The notes beneath the pieces are model-generated. The model was not told the origin of the DNA. It saw only the letters and a program-made list of their open reading frames with translations, and ran no database searches. A stretch of DNA of 60,000 nt, taken from contig CM097885.1 in NCBI GenBank assembly GCA_044892525.1, positions 49,478,001 through 49,538,000 of the forward strand. The letters are read 5' to 3'. The position numbers and the translations under genes were made by a program. Below are positions 54,683-60,000 of this stretch, one piece after another (positions within the stretch are counted from its first letter, which is position 1; each line of letters opens with the position of its first letter). This DNA is from Schmidtea polychroa. Taxonomy: Eukaryota.

Positions 54683-57600
54683 TTATCCGTTTGTTTCTGT
54701 CGGTTGATCGCGCAATTCCTGCACTCTCCGTAGTAAATATCTATTTAATCTTAATGATTCTTGATCTTCAGAATCTTCAAAATCATCAGCATCTGGAAAC
54801 ATCGGAGGATCGTCTGTATCTATAAAAGTATCATCCTCCAGATAGTGTCCATATGCAAAACTTTTATTTTTAGCTACCCAATTACGTTTGTCGTCGTTGC
54901 AATTGAGTGCAGTTTTATGATTTTTTATGCTGTACAGCTGATGATTTTTAGACATTATTCTAAACTGTGGGACTGTATAAATTTTGTCGTTTAAATAACA
55001 ATCAATGTAATTGACATGTGTTAGCCCTGCATCTTTCAATGTTATGCCTTTTGCCTTACAACATTCTTCATCACCAAGCAAACTATAACATTTTGGACGA
55101 AGAAACACCCACTCCTCGTATTTGAAACCTTTATTTTCGTCTTTAAATTTCCCAATAACGGAATCCAAGTTTCTCGAATACAAGGGATGGCTAGGGTCGT
55201 AATTTGAGGTGTCAAGAAGATTATCCCTAACCATAGCAGGCAAAAGATCAGACAGCTTACAATTAATTATTTCGAGAAAGAATGAATCAGTGTCCCCAGC
55301 TACAATATTGATCTTACAATTAAACTCATTACGATATTTATCTAATTCCTCATATTGTAGTTGATACATTCTGAGTTTAGATAAGTCTAGTACAGTTTGG
55401 CCGATGTAACTAGGCCTATCTAAACAGACTGATTCTTTCATTAAAAGAACAGAAATAAGATTGTGATCTATTTTTGTAGTGCTTCGGAAATATGGACTAC
55501 TACAATATGTGATAAGTTTTGTCGAAGAATTACATAATCTTAAATTAATTCTTTTCTTTAAATTTTCAACAGTTTTTCCATAAAGACTGTTGTTTAGCAA
55601 TTTAAAATAATTTTTATCGAGCTTAGTGGTGGAAGATGCTCTCAAAGCGGTATTAGTATCGACATATTTTTTGAATAGTGTGCTTTGTGAAAATCGAATA
55701 GCACGGTGTATTTTAGATACAACTACACCTAATTTTAAATACATTTGTAAAAGTCTCCAATGAACAACATAATTATTCTTTGGATAATGAGTTAAAAGTA
55801 ACTTTTCCACATTCGAACAAGGCGCACATCTACCGTAGTGCATTCAAACAAGATATTATTTAATAATTGGTCATCCGTGACCCAAACAAAGTCTCCGTCC
55901 GGTAAGTTTTGTGATAAAGCCCAGCCATACAGGTTGTTTATATCTATATACAACAACTCTGTATCTGAGCTTGATTTAACATAATGCTTATTCACGAAAG
56001 TTAAGCCTCCTCTGATGCCACCTTCGAAGAAGTTGTACATTTCCATATCGGTTAATAATGTAATTGGATGATCTAAAGTCATCAAAGCCGAACTCCAACT
56101 CATACCTGGAATTCCAAGGAAATTGAGTGGCTCAAGCTTATTATGTGCTATGCTCTTTGCACGAAATTGTTGAAAGTAATCAGCCAAAAGAAATACGTCG
56201 AGTTTTAAATAGACCATCATATAATCCAAAAGAGAATTACAATTGGTCTCTCGCCATATTCTTTTGGCCATTTCGTAATCCGAATCTGACACTCCACTCC
56301 AAATTGGTGGTAATTCAGCAGTCGACCTCAAAACATCTAAAGATGTTGCCACGTCGTATGGGAAAATTCCTTTGCTAGTAATAATACTTCCAGTAAATTC
56401 TGCAGAAGTAAGAGGGAAAGATGTAAGAGTTTTCACCACACTACTCAAAGATTCACTAACAAATTGGTATGAGTCAATGAATTTAACTGTAAGTGAACCA
56501 ATTCTCGCAAAAAGACTAAGAAACTTTTCACTTGTGATAGGAACACAGCTAATGTTCCATGAATCATACTTTGATAGTCCAAATTTGAGGATATGATGTA
56601 AATCATACCCTCTTAGATTGTGAAAAACTACTGGCAATGAATGTCTTATTTGTCGAGAAAGATTACATTTTGAGCAAGCTGCTCCAAGATATTTACCTGA
56701 AAAGTGATCATGATCTTTTACAGGATTTTCAATCACTTTCTTACACAAATAACAATGTCTTGCAGCTCTAAAATTTTCCAGATCGTCATGGGTTAAAATT
56801 ATCTTTTTATTATAGTTTTTATAATAAAAGGGTGTTACGATTTTTCTGCTAATTAGTTCTATTTCATGTAGAAATTGATCAACACAGTCAATACCTAAAA
56901 ATGACTTATAAAATTTCTTTCCAGTGAGGTTATTTATACACAAAAGCCCAGCAGAAATGGGTAAGTGTTTTTGGAAGTATTTTGTGTCCTTAGGTAAGAT
57001 TGCCTCAAAATCGGCATAAATAACGAAGGGAGGTGTGACTGTTTTCTTCCAATCAACAAATTCTAAAAGATTATTTTTTGGAAGGGTGTATAAAGTCGTT
57101 CCTATTTGATTATTGTCACAAAGACCACGATGACGATTAAAAGTGTCAATATTTCTAAAGCCGTGTAAACATCTAGGACACCATTTACAATAAATTCTGA
57201 CTGGGGTAATAGAAGCATTTCTGCAATTTAAAAATTTATTTAAGTCGCTGATACCTACATAATGAAAAGTCTTTCTTTTTTCTAATAAAAGTAAATTTAT
57301 GGGTGTTTCGCTTACAACTTTACTTTTGTAAATTATGTCAATAAATGGATGTTTCATTACTTCACTTTCATTAGTTAAATCAACTAATGCAGTTTCATCA
57401 TATGACAACACATTAATTGAATAGCCAGGATTAAACATTTCAAATCGATTAATATCACTTAGTTTCATTGGCATATCATTCGGGTCAAAACGAAGTGAGG
57501 AAAGATTATAAGAAGATGGTTGATTGCGTAAATCATCATCAGTCTCGTCATATTTAGCAACAGCTAAAACACTGTATAAAAAACAAAGATTATCGGTGTT

Positions 57601-58641
57601 TATCACATTAATTATACAGTTTTTATGTTTCAGAGATCTGGGGGTATCAATAAATTGTCTTCCACTTAACCGAGAAATTTCAGAATATTTAGTTAAAACG
57701 AAACTTATGTATTCTATTTTATTTATTTTCCAATTAGACCCCTTCTCATTCATGTTGATTATTTTTTCATTAAGAAGAGTAATACCTTCATCAATGAATG
57801 AATCATTCCAAATTCGTGCAGAATTGGAAATAACAAATGATTGATATTCGTTATCTTTCTCCATTTCAATCCGTATACAAAATTGAATTTTAACGGATTT
57901 CATTTTTGATATGAATGAAGTTAATTTAGTATATAAGAGTGAAGGAACAGAAAGAGTTGTCATATTAAATCGCGACACATCCATCTTAATGATTATATGT
58001 GATTTATTTAAATCAGAATCAATAGTCAAGAGGCCCGAACCTATTTGATTGACAGAGTATGAATTTAAAATAATTGGAGCTATTTCATCATCATCATCAG
58101 AAGAAATAATAATTTCTTCATCAGAAGAAATAATAATTTCCTCCTCATCAGAAGAAATTATAATTTCATCGTTATTAATAATATTGTCCTCATCGTCACT
58201 AATGTTTATTATTTCAATTTTACTTATTTTTGAAGGCACCTTATGTTTAATATTTATGTTGTGTCTTTTTAATTGATTGGGAACGCAGTCCACATTAGTA
58301 TTTAATTGATTGGGAACGCAGTCCACATTAGTATTTAATTGATTGGGAACGCAGTCCACATTAGTATTTAATTGATTGGGAACGCAGTCCACATTAGTAT
58401 TTAATTGATTGGGAACGCAGTCCACATTAGTATTTAATTGATTGGGAACACAATCCACATTATTTTGTAAAAAAGTTGGATATAATATGATGAATAAATC
58501 TTTTTTCGAACCTATAAATTGTCTTAAATGATTGCAATGTTTTTTGTAAAATTCGAAATATGTTTTTGTGTCTAATGTTTTGCATGTAGGACATATCTGG
58601 TAGATGATACCATTATATTTATGCGAATAATACTTTTCCAT
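54683..58641 (-). pseudogene. Protein-primed DNA polymerase B, near full length, split by one frameshift at about 55820
   Basis: IINVINTDNLCFLYSVLA, ExoI VIYADFEA, CYLC..VKDHDHFSGKYLGAACSKCNL, ExoII FHNLRGYD, KGIFPYD, ExoII-downstream ExoIII YLKLDVFLLAD, PolA YIDINNLYGWAL; after the shift, PolB KLLNNSLYGK, PolC AGDTDSFF, KCYS, KAKG. The likely start is the ATG at 58641, not the microsatellite-spanning 58851. Confidence 0.9.
58268..58462. repeat. Coding minisatellite, 6 x 33 bp (NVDCVPNQLNT)
   Basis: Unit TTAATTGATTGGGAACGCAGTCCACATTAGTAT. Confidence 0.95.
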
Positions 58642-58724
58642 AAGACCATGACAGTTATTATGAAAAGTATTATTACAGTAGGATGTATAAAATCGACCTA
58701 AATAAAAAACTAAGCTAAAATTTA

Positions 58725-58835
<111 letters not shown>

Positions 58836-59329
58836 CATCATATTTATTCATGTTCTCCTAAAATTCAATATATTATATTTACCATTTAACAATAAAATAT
58901 ATTTTCGATATAAAATATCTTTTTCGTTATAATATTTTACGATTTCTAATATCATATATTTAATCGTAAAATATTTCTAAAATATATATATATCTTAAAT
59001 AAATAATTACATATCTTAAAAAGCTATATTTAATTTAAAACAAATATTATCAAAAACAATTAATTGTAGAATGTATAACATCAAATTAAATAAAAACTAA
59101 GCTAAAATATAAATAATAATAATGATAATTATTATTATTATTAATATTATTATTTAAACTAATATTATTATCATACATATTTATTCATGATCTCCTAAAA
59201 TTCAATATATTATATTCACCATTTAATAATAAAATATATTTTAGATAAAAAAAAAAAAAAATCCCTTTTTAGTTATAATATTAGTTATAATATAAATTCA
59301 TCCTAAATAAAACTAAGCAAAAAATATAG

Positions 59330-59395
<66 letters not shown>

Positions 59396-60000
59396 AAATA
59401 GTAATAATAGTAATAATATTACTAACTTTTATTAAAAATTTTTAATAAAAATATAAAAATGAAATTGAATAAAAAGTAAAATCATTTATTTTTATTATAA
59501 TTGTCAATCAAGTCTTATAATCTTAAAAGCAAATTTTATGAAAAAATAATTTAAATAAATATTTTAAATAAATACTTTAAATAAATATTTTATAAATAAA
59601 TCAAATCTTACATTTTTGTTTTCCATTGTATCTTTCATCGTAAATAATTTCATTATTTTTTGATACATTTTCATCAAAAATATTTTCTTCAAATTCATTT
59701 TGAATGTTTTCAATAATTTCATTATTTTTTGATATATTTTCATTTAAAATACTTTCTCCGACATTTTTCGGTTCTTGAAATTCTTTTTGAATATTTTCAT
59801 AAATTTCATCTGTTTTTTAAATTAATTAATTAAATTAATTATTAATAAATATAAATATTACCATCGATGTCAACATTCAACATCTCGTTTCGAGTAGCTG
59901 CGTCATATTCATTTATTGTTACAGTTGTTCCTGAATAATTTCATAACATATTATTTTAATATTTTAAATATTTACCATTTTTCTTGTTGCTTTCAATTTT

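Noticed and set aside
59560..60000. Possible further element gene on the - strand (K/E/N-rich)
   Set aside because: It is low complexity and interrupted by stops, with no recognisable motif within the window.

Overview
This is very AT-rich, repeat-dense eukaryotic (invertebrate animal) genomic DNA. A planarian-like host is plausible but not provable from this window. The backbone is the 5' part of a T-type voltage-gated calcium channel (Cav3) gene on the + strand. Five coding exons (11008-11351, 33083-33328, 39134-39231, 43834-44005, 50965-51283) splice into one open 393-codon frame covering the N-terminus and domain I up to the pore helix. Its first intron is a 21.7-kb minor-spliceosome (U12, AT-AC) intron packed with transposon relics. 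Two different Polinton/Maverick/adintovirus-like elements carry protein-primed DNA polymerase B (pPolB) genes. The left one has an intact 758+ codon ORF that the ORF track missed, and it is inserted into a dead Gypsy retrotransposon. The right one is frameshifted, lies in Cav3 intron 5, and has a dense AP-1-site array at its probable terminus. Intron 4 holds a 2.3-kb fold-back Penelope-like retroelement with a minimal hammerhead ribozyme at each end. Many hAT, Mutator, piggyBac, pogo/Tigger and mariner relics and MITEs (several with verifiable TSDs), palindromes and (TA)n/(AAT)n microsatellites fill the rest.
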